NCBI GenBank assembly: GCA_963822445.1
Contig: CAWGHO010000002.1
Span: forward strand, 608,001 to 672,000
Length of the DNA stretch: 64,000 bases
Direction of reading: 5' to 3'
DNA from: an uncultured Acidobacteriota bacterium
GTDB lineage: Bacteria; Acidobacteriota; Thermoanaerobaculia; Gp7-AA8
Part shown: in pieces, positions 56,023 through 64,000 of the stretch
How the letters are laid out: the number at the start of each line of letters is the position of its first letter
How positions within the stretch are numbered: the stretch's first letter is position 1
Program-made: the position numbers and the translations under genes
Notes under the pieces: generated by a model
What the model saw: only the letters and a program-made list of their open reading frames with translations
Told to the model about the DNA's origin: nothing
The model's database searches: none

Positions 56023-57456
56023 CTATCGCCTGCCGCTGGACCGCCGTTTCGGTGAAGGCGTTTCCGACTGCCCGCTGCCTGCCGGTACGACCACGCGTGC
56101 CGTCGAAGCCAGCGCGTTGCCGTAGAAGTCCGAGCAGGAGACCCACACGTCGTAATACCGGTCGTACTTCGTGTACTCGGCGCGGAGCTCGACGGTCAGA
56201 TCGCCGGTGATGCTCCAGTCGCCGTCCTTCTCTTGGTCGAGGTCGCCGGTGCTGATCGTCTGATTCGAGGTGACGGCGAAGACATGGCAGAACGGCTTCG
56301 GGTCGAAGTCGTCGAACACGTCGAGGCCGATCTCGATCGGATACATCCGGCCGTCCGCGGTGCGCAGGATGTCCGGCGACGCGTAGGCCTTCTCGATGTG
56401 AGGCGCCTTCGGGTCGGCGACGTCGATCGTGAACGACGTCCGTCCGCGCATGCCCCACGCATCGAGCGCGTCGCACTCGACGGTCGTGACGCCGATCGGG
56501 AACATCGAGCCGTTCTCGTGCGAACAGTTGACGGTCGGCTCGCGGTCTTCCGTTCCCTCGACCAGGACCTTCCACTCGATCTTCTCGCCTTCGGGGCTGC
56601 GCGCTTCGACGCGGATGTTGTCCGCGTACAGCGTCAGCTCGTAGTACTCCCGCTCGCCGATGACTTCGACCGGGAAGGAGTCGGTCGTGGTGTTGCCGTC
56701 GAAGTCGTTGGCGACACACATCACGTTGGTCACGCCGACCGGGAACATGTCGCCCGACCGCGGCAGACATTCCGGAATCACGTCACCCCAGATCTCGTCG
56801 AAGGCCTTGACGTCGTACTCGACCTTCGCGCCCTCACGGGATTCTGCTTTCACCCGGATCGGCTCTTCGGGCAGGTAGATCTCCGGCCCGATGCTGTCGG
56901 CGACCAGCACCTCGAACGACGCATTCGCCTTCTCGCCATAGCGGTTCGAGGCGGTGCAGTCCACGGTCGTCGAGCCCATCTTGAAGAACTCGCCCGAGAA
57001 CGGGAAACACTCGACAGTCGGGAACGGATCCTCACCGCCGAGGGGCATGACCTCGTACTTCACGAACGCGCCTTCGCGGCTCTTGGCCTGAATGCGAAGG
57101 ATCTCCGGCGTCAGGATGACGAGCGGGAAGAACTTGAAGCCCTGCACGGTGAAATTGACGGAGTTCGAGTCCCCCGTTCCGCCGCGCACGTACACGCTGT
57201 AAACCCCCGAGCTCTGGACGATCGATGCCGGAACCCAGAAAACCACGTTGCCGGTGTACGTACCGTTTGCGTTGAGCTCGAAATGTCCTGCCGGACCATC
57301 GAAAACGACCTGCGAACCCAATCCGCTTCCGTAGATGGTCACGAAGTGTTCGCCGCTGTTTACTTTGACTGTCGCCGGCGAGATCGACGTGATCGTGCCG
57401 GCACTGGCGCTGAATGCGCACAAAACGAGAACTAACACCACAAGGGTACTTTTCAC
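56023..57456 (-). CDS. Secreted protein with N-terminal IPT/TIG-like domain and HYR repeats
   Basis: Signal peptide; ITSISP…TIYGSG; three C…G..F..G.T.V.C.A HYR-like units; C-terminal domain related to that of 50770..53169; GGAGG RBS. Confidence 0.8.
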   Translation of the reverse strand: MKSTLVVLVLVLCAFSASAGTITSISPATVKVNSGEHFVTIYGSGLGSQVVFDGPAGHFELNANGTYTGNVVFWVPASIVQSSGVYSVYVRGGTGDSNSVNFTVQGFKFFPLVILTPEILRIQAKSREGAFVKYEVMPLGGEDPFPTVECFPFSGEFFKMGSTTVDCTASNRYGEKANASFEVLVADSIGPEIYLPEEPIRVKAESREGAKVEYDVKAFDEIWGDVIPECLPRSGDMFPVGVTNVMCVANDFDGNTTTDSFPVEVIGEREYYELTLYADNIRVEARSPEGEKIEWKVLVEGTEDREPTVNCSHENGSMFPIGVTTVECDALDAWGMRGRTSFTIDVADPKAPHIEKAYASPDILRTADGRMYPIEIGLDVFDDFDPKPFCHVFAVTSNQTISTGDLDQEKDGDWSITGDLTVELRAEYTKYDRYYDVWVSCSDFYGNALASTARVVVPAGSGQSETPSPKRRSSGRR

Positions 57457-57578
57457 ACGTCCTCCGAGAACTGAGAGAGAGAAGAGGTTCCTATACGGGT
57501 CTGAAGGAGGAGATTCTAGAGGAATGCCGGACAGCCGCTGTGACGCAGATCATGCTCTGCGAGAGGAACCTCAACTTG

Positions 57579-59840
57579 TCACAGGCGGCGTTCGCTGACG
57601 CTTTGTTGCTGACCTCGCAACTTGCTCAATTCACGGACGTCTTCTTGATTGGAAGGGTCCGCCGCGACGAGCTTTTCGCGGATCCGCACCGCGGTCGCAA
57701 AAGCCAGCTCAGCCTCCGCGATGCGGTCGAGCATGTTCAGCGCACGGCCGCGCTCGCCATGCGCAAACGCGAGATCGCGCTGCGCCTCGGCATTCTTCGG
57801 ATCGGCCGCGGCCAGCGGCGTGAGCATCGCCAGCGCGCGATCCGTCGATTCGAGCGCGCCGGCGCCGTCCTCCATCATGTTCTGCGCGGTCGCCTTCATC
57901 ACGAATTGATCGGCGACGTTGCGTTGCGCGACCGCATCAGCCGGATCGAGTGAGGCCCGCTCTTCGAGAGCATGCAGCGCGGCGTCGTGATGCTCGATCG
58001 CCCGTGGAAGGTTCCGCTCGATGATTCCGGTGAAGTAACCGCCCAGGCGCTGATTTGCTCGCGCTGTTTCGAGGAGCGCGTCGCGCCAGTGAGGACTGTT
58101 CCTCGGAATGTGCCTCAGCGACGCGAGCGCGGCCTCGTACGCCTGACGTGGCGTGCCTCGCCGGAGCTCCACGGGGATCTTCTTGCGGCCGATATAACGG
58201 CAGTCGCCGATCGCCGTCCACGTTCTGGCCAGTGCGAGATCGCGCGGGACGTCACGCGGCAGCGACTCGCGGATCGCCCGCGCCGTCTCGTGCTCGGTGA
58301 TGGCCACGTCCCACCGCGTCGCCCGCTGCTCGACGAGCCCGAGGCGATCGTGCGCGTCGGCGAGCAACGTCAGAGCCTCGCGGTTTTCGGGCTCGTCCGA
58401 GCGCACCGACTGCGAGATGTCCAGCGCCTTCCGATAACTCGCAGTGGCGCCGGCCGTGTCGCCGAGGTTGGCGCGGTAGGGAAGACCCTGCACGTCGCCG
58501 ATTTTCAGATAGGCACCGGCGAGCTCCATCCGCAGCGGCGTGTTGTTCTCCCCTTCCGCGGCGAGCCGATCGAGATAAACGAGCGCGCGGCGAACGAGCA
58601 GCTCGCGCGCGGGCGTCGAGCCGGGCAACGGCGCGATGGCGTCGTGCAGCTCGAAAACGACCGAGCGCGCCAGCGATCGCACTTCGTCGAAGCGCCGCTC
58701 GGCGATCCGTTTCTGATGGAGCGTGGCCGCGAAGGCGATTGCCGTCACGATCACGATTGCGAACGCCGTCGCAACGACGAGGATGTTGCGGCGAACGAAC
58801 TTCGTCGCCTGATACGCGAACGTGGCCCGGCGCGCGGCGACGGGATGTCCGCTGAGGTAGCGGCGGATGTCATCCGCGAGCTTCTCCACCGATCCATAAC
58901 GGCGGGCCGGCTCGACCTCCAGGGCCATGGCGATGATGTTGTCGAGATCGCCGCGCAACGCGCGCACTCCCGACGCCGTGCTGGCCCGCGCGGCCTCGGT
59001 CGACGCGGTCCGCGTCGCCGGATCGAAGGGATGCTGGCCCGTCAGCAGCTCGAAGAGCAGAACGCCGAGGGAGTAGACGTCCGTAGCGGTCGTGATCGCG
59101 CCGCCCAGCAGCTGCTCGGGACTCGCGTACTGCGGGGTCATGATGCGCGTCGATCCCGTATCGAGGCGGGTATCCGTGGCGATGAGCTTGGCGATGCCGA
59201 AGTCGAGCAGCTTCGGCGTGCCGGTCGGCGTGACGAGCACGTTCGCCGGCTTGATGTCGCGATGGATGACCAGTCCGCGGTGCGCGTGCTCGACGGCGTC
59301 GCAAAGCTGCAGGAAAAGATGAAGTTTTTCGTGGACCGACGCGGAGCGCGAGTACGTGTCGATCGGAGCGCCCTCGACGTACTCCATGACCAGATACGGC
59401 AGGCCGTCCGCGGTCGTACCGCCGTCGATCAGGCGGGCGATGTTCGGATGCTCGAGCGCGGCGAGGATCTGCCGCTCCTGCCGGAATCTCTGCACGAGCG
59501 CCTCGCCGCCGCGAACGAGTTTGATGGCCACCCGCTGCGAGAACTCCTCGGTCTGCCGGACGGCGAGGAACACCGTCCCCATCCCGCCATGGCCGAGCTG
59601 GCGGACCACGCGATAGGGACCGATCGTCGCACCGACCAGCCGATCCCCTTCGCTCGCGTCGATCAGTTCCCAGACCGACTTCTCGAGAAAGACTCCCGGC
59701 TCTTCATGGGCGGCCAGGAGGGACTGGACTTCTTCGCGCACGCGTGGCTCGGCGCCATTCAGGAGCCGCTCGCGCGTGTCCGGACCGGCATCGGCAACGG
59801 CGTGGAAGAGATCGCGAACCTCGTCCCAGAACGCGGTCAT
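57579..59840 (-). CDS. Hanks-type Ser/Thr protein kinase with TM helix and TPR-like C-terminal domain
   Basis: LGHGGMGTVF, VAIK, HRDIKPANV, DFG and TPQYASPEQ motifs; start MTAFWDEV overlaps the ECF stop codon (ATGA). Confidence 0.92.
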   Translation of the reverse strand: MTAFWDEVRDLFHAVADAGPDTRERLLNGAEPRVREEVQSLLAAHEEPGVFLEKSVWELIDASEGDRLVGATIGPYRVVRQLGHGGMGTVFLAVRQTEEFSQRVAIKLVRGGEALVQRFRQERQILAALEHPNIARLIDGGTTADGLPYLVMEYVEGAPIDTYSRSASVHEKLHLFLQLCDAVEHAHRGLVIHRDIKPANVLVTPTGTPKLLDFGIAKLIATDTRLDTGSTRIMTPQYASPEQLLGGAITTATDVYSLGVLLFELLTGQHPFDPATRTASTEAARASTASGVRALRGDLDNIIAMALEVEPARRYGSVEKLADDIRRYLSGHPVAARRATFAYQATKFVRRNILVVATAFAIVIVTAIAFAATLHQKRIAERRFDEVRSLARSVVFELHDAIAPLPGSTPARELLVRRALVYLDRLAAEGENNTPLRMELAGAYLKIGDVQGLPYRANLGDTAGATASYRKALDISQSVRSDEPENREALTLLADAHDRLGLVEQRATRWDVAITEHETARAIRESLPRDVPRDLALARTWTAIGDCRYIGRKKIPVELRRGTPRQAYEAALASLRHIPRNSPHWRDALLETARANQRLGGYFTGIIERNLPRAIEHHDAALHALEERASLDPADAVAQRNVADQFVMKATAQNMMEDGAGALESTDRALAMLTPLAAADPKNAEAQRDLAFAHGERGRALNMLDRIAEAELAFATAVRIREKLVAADPSNQEDVRELSKLRGQQQSVSERRL

Positions 59841-60391
59841 CGCACCGTGAGCTCGCGCCGCAACCAGGCGCGCGCCATCGTCCACTCGCGGCTGATGGTC
59901 GCGGGCGAGATGCCCAGGACCGCCGCGGTCTCGTCGATGGTCAGGCCGGCGTAGAAGCGAAGCTCCACGATGCGGGCCTGCTGGGGAAAGATCTTTTCGA
60001 GATTCTCGAGGGCCAGGTCGAGAGCGACGACGTCGAGGTTCTCGGTCGCCGCGAGATCGATCGCCGCGCCGATCGTGACCGCGACCACATCCCCGCCGCG
60101 CTTGTCGCTGTTCCGGCGCCGGGCATGATCGACGAGGATCCGCCGCATGACCTGCGCGGCAACGGCGAAGAAATGGGCCCGGTCGTTCCAGGCCACATGC
60201 CGCTGATCGACGAGCTTCAGATAGAGCTCGTTGACCAGGGCCGTCGGCTGGAGGGTGTGTCCGGCGCGCTCGCGGTTCAGGTGGCGGCCGGCGATGGCGC
60301 GCAGGGGCTCGTACACGAGGCCGAGGAGCTGATCGCGTGCTTCCTGCTTACCGGCGCTCCAGTCGCGGAGCAGTTGCGTGACCTCGGACAT
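59837..60391 (-). CDS. ECF sigma factor of the Ser/Thr-kinase-associated (TIGR02999-like) type
   Basis: EVTQLLRDWSAG…HTLQPTALVNELYLKL…FFAVAAQVMRRILVDHARR…KRGG…VELRFYAGLT…ARAWL. Confidence 0.92.
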   Translation of the reverse strand: MSEVTQLLRDWSAGKQEARDQLLGLVYEPLRAIAGRHLNRERAGHTLQPTALVNELYLKLVDQRHVAWNDRAHFFAVAAQVMRRILVDHARRRNSDKRGGDVVAVTIGAAIDLAATENLDVVALDLALENLEKIFPQQARIVELRFYAGLTIDETAAVLGISPATISREWTMARAWLRRELTVR

Positions 60392-60429
60392 GGGCTGAAT
60401 GGGAGACTGACGGCGATTTTACGCCGGAG

Positions 60430-60459
60430 TGAGGGACTTTGCCGGGCGTTTGCGCGATC
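60430..60459 (+). promoter_or_regulatory. Putative ECF promoter TGAGGGACTTT-N6-CGTTTRCGCGATC (copy 2)
   Basis: Lies in the 93-nt gap between the ECF gene and the divergent IPTL-CTERM gene; near-identical to 4255..4284. Confidence 0.65.
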
Positions 60460-60484
60460 TATTGGTGAGGAGCTCAGCAATCTG

Positions 60485-63400
60485 ATGAATACCATGCGTC
60501 GCGCCTTCCTGGTGCTGTCTGTCCTTTTTCCGTTGCTCGCGTTCGGCCAGGCCGACCAGGCGATCATTTCCGCGATCGATTCCCCTGACCCCGTCGTCCC
60601 GGGGCAGACGCTCACGTACACCATCACCTTCCAGAACAACGGCCCGAATCCGGCCGTGAACGGCGGGGTGAACATCCTCCTTGACGCCAACTTCACTCCG
60701 ACGTCAGCCACGCCGCCGGCCGGGTTCAGCTGCACTCCGCTGACTCAGATCATGAGCTGCACCAACCCCTCCTTTGCGGTCGGCGGGCCGGTCGTGCTGA
60801 CGATTTCCGGAACCGTGGCCGCGCACCTGAACAACTTCCCCGACGGCACGCTGACCTCGTCGTTCACGACGTCCGGCGTGACTCCCGATCCGGTTCCCGG
60901 CAACAACAGCTCCGGATCGATCACCACGGCGTACAACTCGCCCCAGATCGACCTGTCCGTGGCCGTCGTCGACAATCCCGACCCCGTTTTCCCCGACGGG
61001 GACATCACGTACACAGTCGACGTCACGAACGCCGGCCCGGACACGGCCACGAGCGTGAACTTCAACTCCTTCAACAACGGGACGCTGCGTTATCAGTCGA
61101 TCACCATCCCCGCCGGCTGGAGTTGCCCCAGCCAGCCGGCAGTGAACGGAAATCCGACCTTCACCTGCACGAATCCCAGCTTCGCACCCGGTACGTCGCA
61201 GTTCATCGTCGTCGTCAGCGCGGATGACGAGGTTCTCGGCATCAACGACGGCACGGTGCAGATCGTCTTCGGCGTGAACGGCACGGGCGACGATACGAAC
61301 GACAACAACAACCAGGAGACCGAGTCGACGCAGTACGTCACCCCCGACGCCGACGTGACCATCTCCGTGACCGACTCGCCCGATCCGGTCTTTCCGGACG
61401 GCAACATCACCTACACGGTGACGGTGGGCAACACCGGGCCGGACACGGCACCGAACATCAGCCTGAATTCTTTCGGCGGCAACAACCTTCGCTTCGTCTC
61501 GGGGAGTGTCCCCGCGGGCTGGAATTGCACGCTGCCGGCGGCGAATGCCCAGACGGCGGGTTGGAACTGCACCCTGCCCGCGGGACTGCCAATGAACGGC
61601 AGCTCCGTCCTTACCTTCGTCCTCCAGGCGACCGACGAGCTCCTCGGCATCAACGACGGAACGATCATGTTCGGGTTCAGCGCCAACAGCAGCGTCGCCG
61701 ATCCGGACAACACGGACAACTCGGAGACCGAGAGCACCGCGTACGTCACTCCCGACGCGGACATCGCCGTGACCGTGAGCGACTCGCCTGATCCGGTCTT
61801 CCCGGACGGCGACATCACCTACACCGTGACCGTGCAGAACCTCGGGCCGGATGCCGCGCCGAACGTGATCCTGAACGTGCCGATGAACAACACGCTCCGG
61901 TTCCAATCCACCACCGAACCTGCCGGTTGGGACTGCACGCCGCCCGCGGTCGGTGCCGGAACGAGCTGGAGCTGCACGATCGCCTCGCTGCCGGTGCAGC
62001 CGGCGTCGGTCTTCACGATCGTCCTGCGCGCGAACGACGAGCAGTTCGGCATCAACGACCAGACCATCAACCAGTTCTTCGGCGCGAACAGCAGCGTTTC
62101 GGATCCCAACAACGCCAACAACAGCGAGACCGAGTCGACCGCGTACATCACCCCTGATGCAAACGTCAGCATCAGCGCGAGCGACTCGCCCGATCCGGTG
62201 ACCAACGGCTCGAACCTCACCTACACGGTGGATGTGGCGAACGCAGGTCCCGACGCGGGTCCGAATGCCGTGGTCAACTTCTCCATTCATCCCAGCCTCA
62301 CTTACCAATCGGTGACAGCGCCGGCCGGCTGGAACTGCACCAACCCCGGCGTCGATGTCACGGGGCTCGTGCAGTGCACCAAGCCGTCGATCGCCAATGC
62401 CGAGACCGCGCAGTTCACGCTGGTGACGAAGGTCGTCGCGGCCGGCGCCGGTGGAACCCTCAACTCTGTCTTCTCGATCGGTACAGCCGCTCAGGATCCC
62501 TTGAACACCAACAACAGCGTCGAGGTCTTCACGACCTGGATCGGGCAGAGCTCCGATCTGTCGATCGACAAGAGCACGCTGTCCACCGCGGCCGCGCAGG
62601 GCAGCACGATCACCTACACGATCAACACCGTGAACAACGGTCCGAACCCGGCCGCGAACGCGACCGTCACCGACACGCTGCCGGCGCAGCTCCTCTTCCA
62701 GTCGATCACGCCACCCGTGGGCTGGAACTGCATCACGCCGGCCGTCGGCGCGAACGGCACGATCACCTGCACTCTGGCGTTGATGTCCGCTCCTTACAAC
62801 GGGCAATTCATCCTGGTCACGACCGTCGCGCCGAATGCGACGGGGACAATCTCGAACTCGGCCTCGATCGGCTCGCCGAACACGGATCCGAATCCCGGCA
62901 ACAGCAGCGGAGCATCCGGCGCGGTCATCGTGGCTGGTAACTCGGATCTCGGCGTGACGAAGACGACTGCCGCGACCACGGCCACGCCGGGCAACGCCAT
63001 CACTTACACGATCACCGTCACCAACAACGGTCCCGACCCGGCGGCGAGCCCGGTCATGACGGACATCCTGCCAGCAACGTTGCTCTTCCAGTCGATCGCG
63101 GCGCCCGCGGGCTGGAACTGCACCACGCCGGCCGTCGGCGCGACCGGCACGATCACCTGCACCGCTGCCACCCTGGCCAGCAGCAGCAACGCGGTCTTCA
63201 CCCTGACCGCGACCGTCGCCCCGAGCGCGACCGGCACGATCACGAATACGGCATCGGCGAGTCACTCCGGCACGGATGGCAACGGCGGGAACAACGCGGG
63301 CACGTCAGCGCCGGTCCCCGTCGACGCGGCGCCTGCCGCAAACCCGACCATCGACAAAACCACGACCGCGACGACGGTCACGGTCGGCACGGTCTTCAGT

Positions 63401-63796
63401 TACACGATCACCGTGGGAAATACCGGCCCGGCAACAGCGAACAATGTCGTGGTGACCGATGTGCTGCCGGCGGAACTGGAGCTCGTTTCGGCCACGCCGT
63501 CGCAGGGAAGCTGCTCCGGCACGACCACCGTGACGTGCAACCTCGGCTCGATCCCCGTCGAAGCCAACGCGACCATCACGCTTCAGGTGCGCGCGATCGC
63601 GGCAGGTGGATCGATCGTCAACAGCGCGTCCGTCGCCGGATCGAACGGCGGCGGCACGGACGTCGCCAGCGCGCCGGCCGTCATCGCGGTCGGAGGACCG
63701 GCCAGCGAGGCCGACATTCCGACGCTCTCCGAGTGGATGCTCCTCGCGTTGATGGCGATGCTGGGACTGGTCGCAGTGGTCAGGATGCGGACGTAA
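60485..63796 (+). CDS. DUF11-repeat cell-surface protein with IPTL-CTERM sorting signal
   Basis: Signal peptide from M60485 or M60494; repeated DSPDPV..G..TYT..V.N.GP; C-terminal IPTLSEWMLLALMAMLGLVAVVRMR. Confidence 0.9.
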   Translation: MNTMRRAFLVLSVLFPLLAFGQADQAIISAIDSPDPVVPGQTLTYTITFQNNGPNPAVNGGVNILLDANFTPTSATPPAGFSCTPLTQIMSCTNPSFAVGGPVVLTISGTVAAHLNNFPDGTLTSSFTTSGVTPDPVPGNNSSGSITTAYNSPQIDLSVAVVDNPDPVFPDGDITYTVDVTNAGPDTATSVNFNSFNNGTLRYQSITIPAGWSCPSQPAVNGNPTFTCTNPSFAPGTSQFIVVVSADDEVLGINDGTVQIVFGVNGTGDDTNDNNNQETESTQYVTPDADVTISVTDSPDPVFPDGNITYTVTVGNTGPDTAPNISLNSFGGNNLRFVSGSVPAGWNCTLPAANAQTAGWNCTLPAGLPMNGSSVLTFVLQATDELLGINDGTIMFGFSANSSVADPDNTDNSETESTAYVTPDADIAVTVSDSPDPVFPDGDITYTVTVQNLGPDAAPNVILNVPMNNTLRFQSTTEPAGWDCTPPAVGAGTSWSCTIASLPVQPASVFTIVLRANDEQFGINDQTINQFFGANSSVSDPNNANNSETESTAYITPDANVSISASDSPDPVTNGSNLTYTVDVANAGPDAGPNAVVNFSIHPSLTYQSVTAPAGWNCTNPGVDVTGLVQCTKPSIANAETAQFTLVTKVVAAGAGGTLNSVFSIGTAAQDPLNTNNSVEVFTTWIGQSSDLSIDKSTLSTAAAQGSTITYTINTVNNGPNPAANATVTDTLPAQLLFQSITPPVGWNCITPAVGANGTITCTLALMSAPYNGQFILVTTVAPNATGTISNSASIGSPNTDPNPGNSSGASGAVIVAGNSDLGVTKTTAATTATPGNAITYTITVTNNGPDPAASPVMTDILPATLLFQSIAAPAGWNCTTPAVGATGTITCTAATLASSSNAVFTLTATVAPSATGTITNTASASHSGTDGNGGNNAGTSAPVPVDAAPAANPTIDKTTTATTVTVGTVFSYTITVGNTGPATANNVVVTDVLPAELELVSATPSQGSCSGTTTVTCNLGSIPVEANATITLQVRAIAAGGSIVNSASVAGSNGGGTDVASAPAVIAVGGPASEADIPTLSEWMLLALMAMLGLVAVVRMRT

Positions 63797-64000
63797 CGAC
63801 GTCGACGATCGCGGCAATGGCGCGATCGAGGTGTTCGCGGGTGTGGGCTGCGCTGATCTGACAGCGCAGCCTCGCCTGCCCCTGCGGTACGACCGGGAAG
63901 CCGAAGCCGGAGACGTAGACCCCGCGGCGCAGAAGCTCCTGGGACATGGAAATGGCCTTCGCTGTATCGCCGATGAGGATCGGCACGATGGGATGAATAC
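63780..64000 (-). CDS. kbl: Glycine C-acetyltransferase (2-amino-3-ketobutyrate CoA ligase), C-terminal part
   Basis: HPIVPILIGD…GVYVSGFGFPVVPQGQARLRCQISAAHT class II aminotransferase tail; the 5' part is outside the window. Confidence 0.8.
   Translation of the reverse strand, partial: IHPIVPILIGDTAKAISMSQELLRRGVYVSGFGFPVVPQGQARLRCQISAAHTREHLDRAIAAIVDVVTSAS

Noticed and set aside
1-64000. tRNA, rRNA, integrase, transposase or prophage genes
   Set aside because: None was recognisable by eye; intergenic gaps are short and are accounted for by repeats, terminators and promoters.

Overview
High-GC bacterial chromosomal window. The gene content (IPTL-CTERM/DUF11 surface proteins, HYR proteins, an ECF sigma factor/Ser-Thr kinase pair) suggests Acidobacteriota, possibly Thermoanaerobaculia; this placement is an inference. 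It holds about 40 CDSs: housekeeping genes (DEAD-box helicase, glgP, partial kbl, pqiABC, TerC, SLC13 permease, SWIM/SNF2 helicase), two hybrid histidine kinases, two ECF sigma loci, a vapBC-type toxin-antitoxin pair, an arsS-like radical SAM gene pair and many large secreted repeat proteins and proteases, one split by a +1 frameshift. No rRNA, tRNA, CRISPR array, integrase or transposase was seen. The most notable signals are non-coding. (1) A lone integron-cassette-like gene, with complementary core sites and half an attC, sits inside a heptamer-repeat hairpin; four related gene-less short-tandem-repeat loci occur elsewhere. (2) There are four REP/REPIN-like palindrome families: one copy lies in-frame inside the SNF2 gene and another shows compensatory base changes. 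(3) A near-identical 30-bp promoter-like motif is shared by the gene divergent from the ECF/kinase pair and an unlinked secreted-protein gene 56 kb away. (4) Four sigma54-type promoters precede secreted or envelope genes. Unknown proteins of interest are a 792-aa Rossmann-fold protein beside a small secreted His-Cys (clan CD-like) protein, and a CLCA/M6-like metalloprotease. All calls are from reading the sequence by eye; no searches were run.
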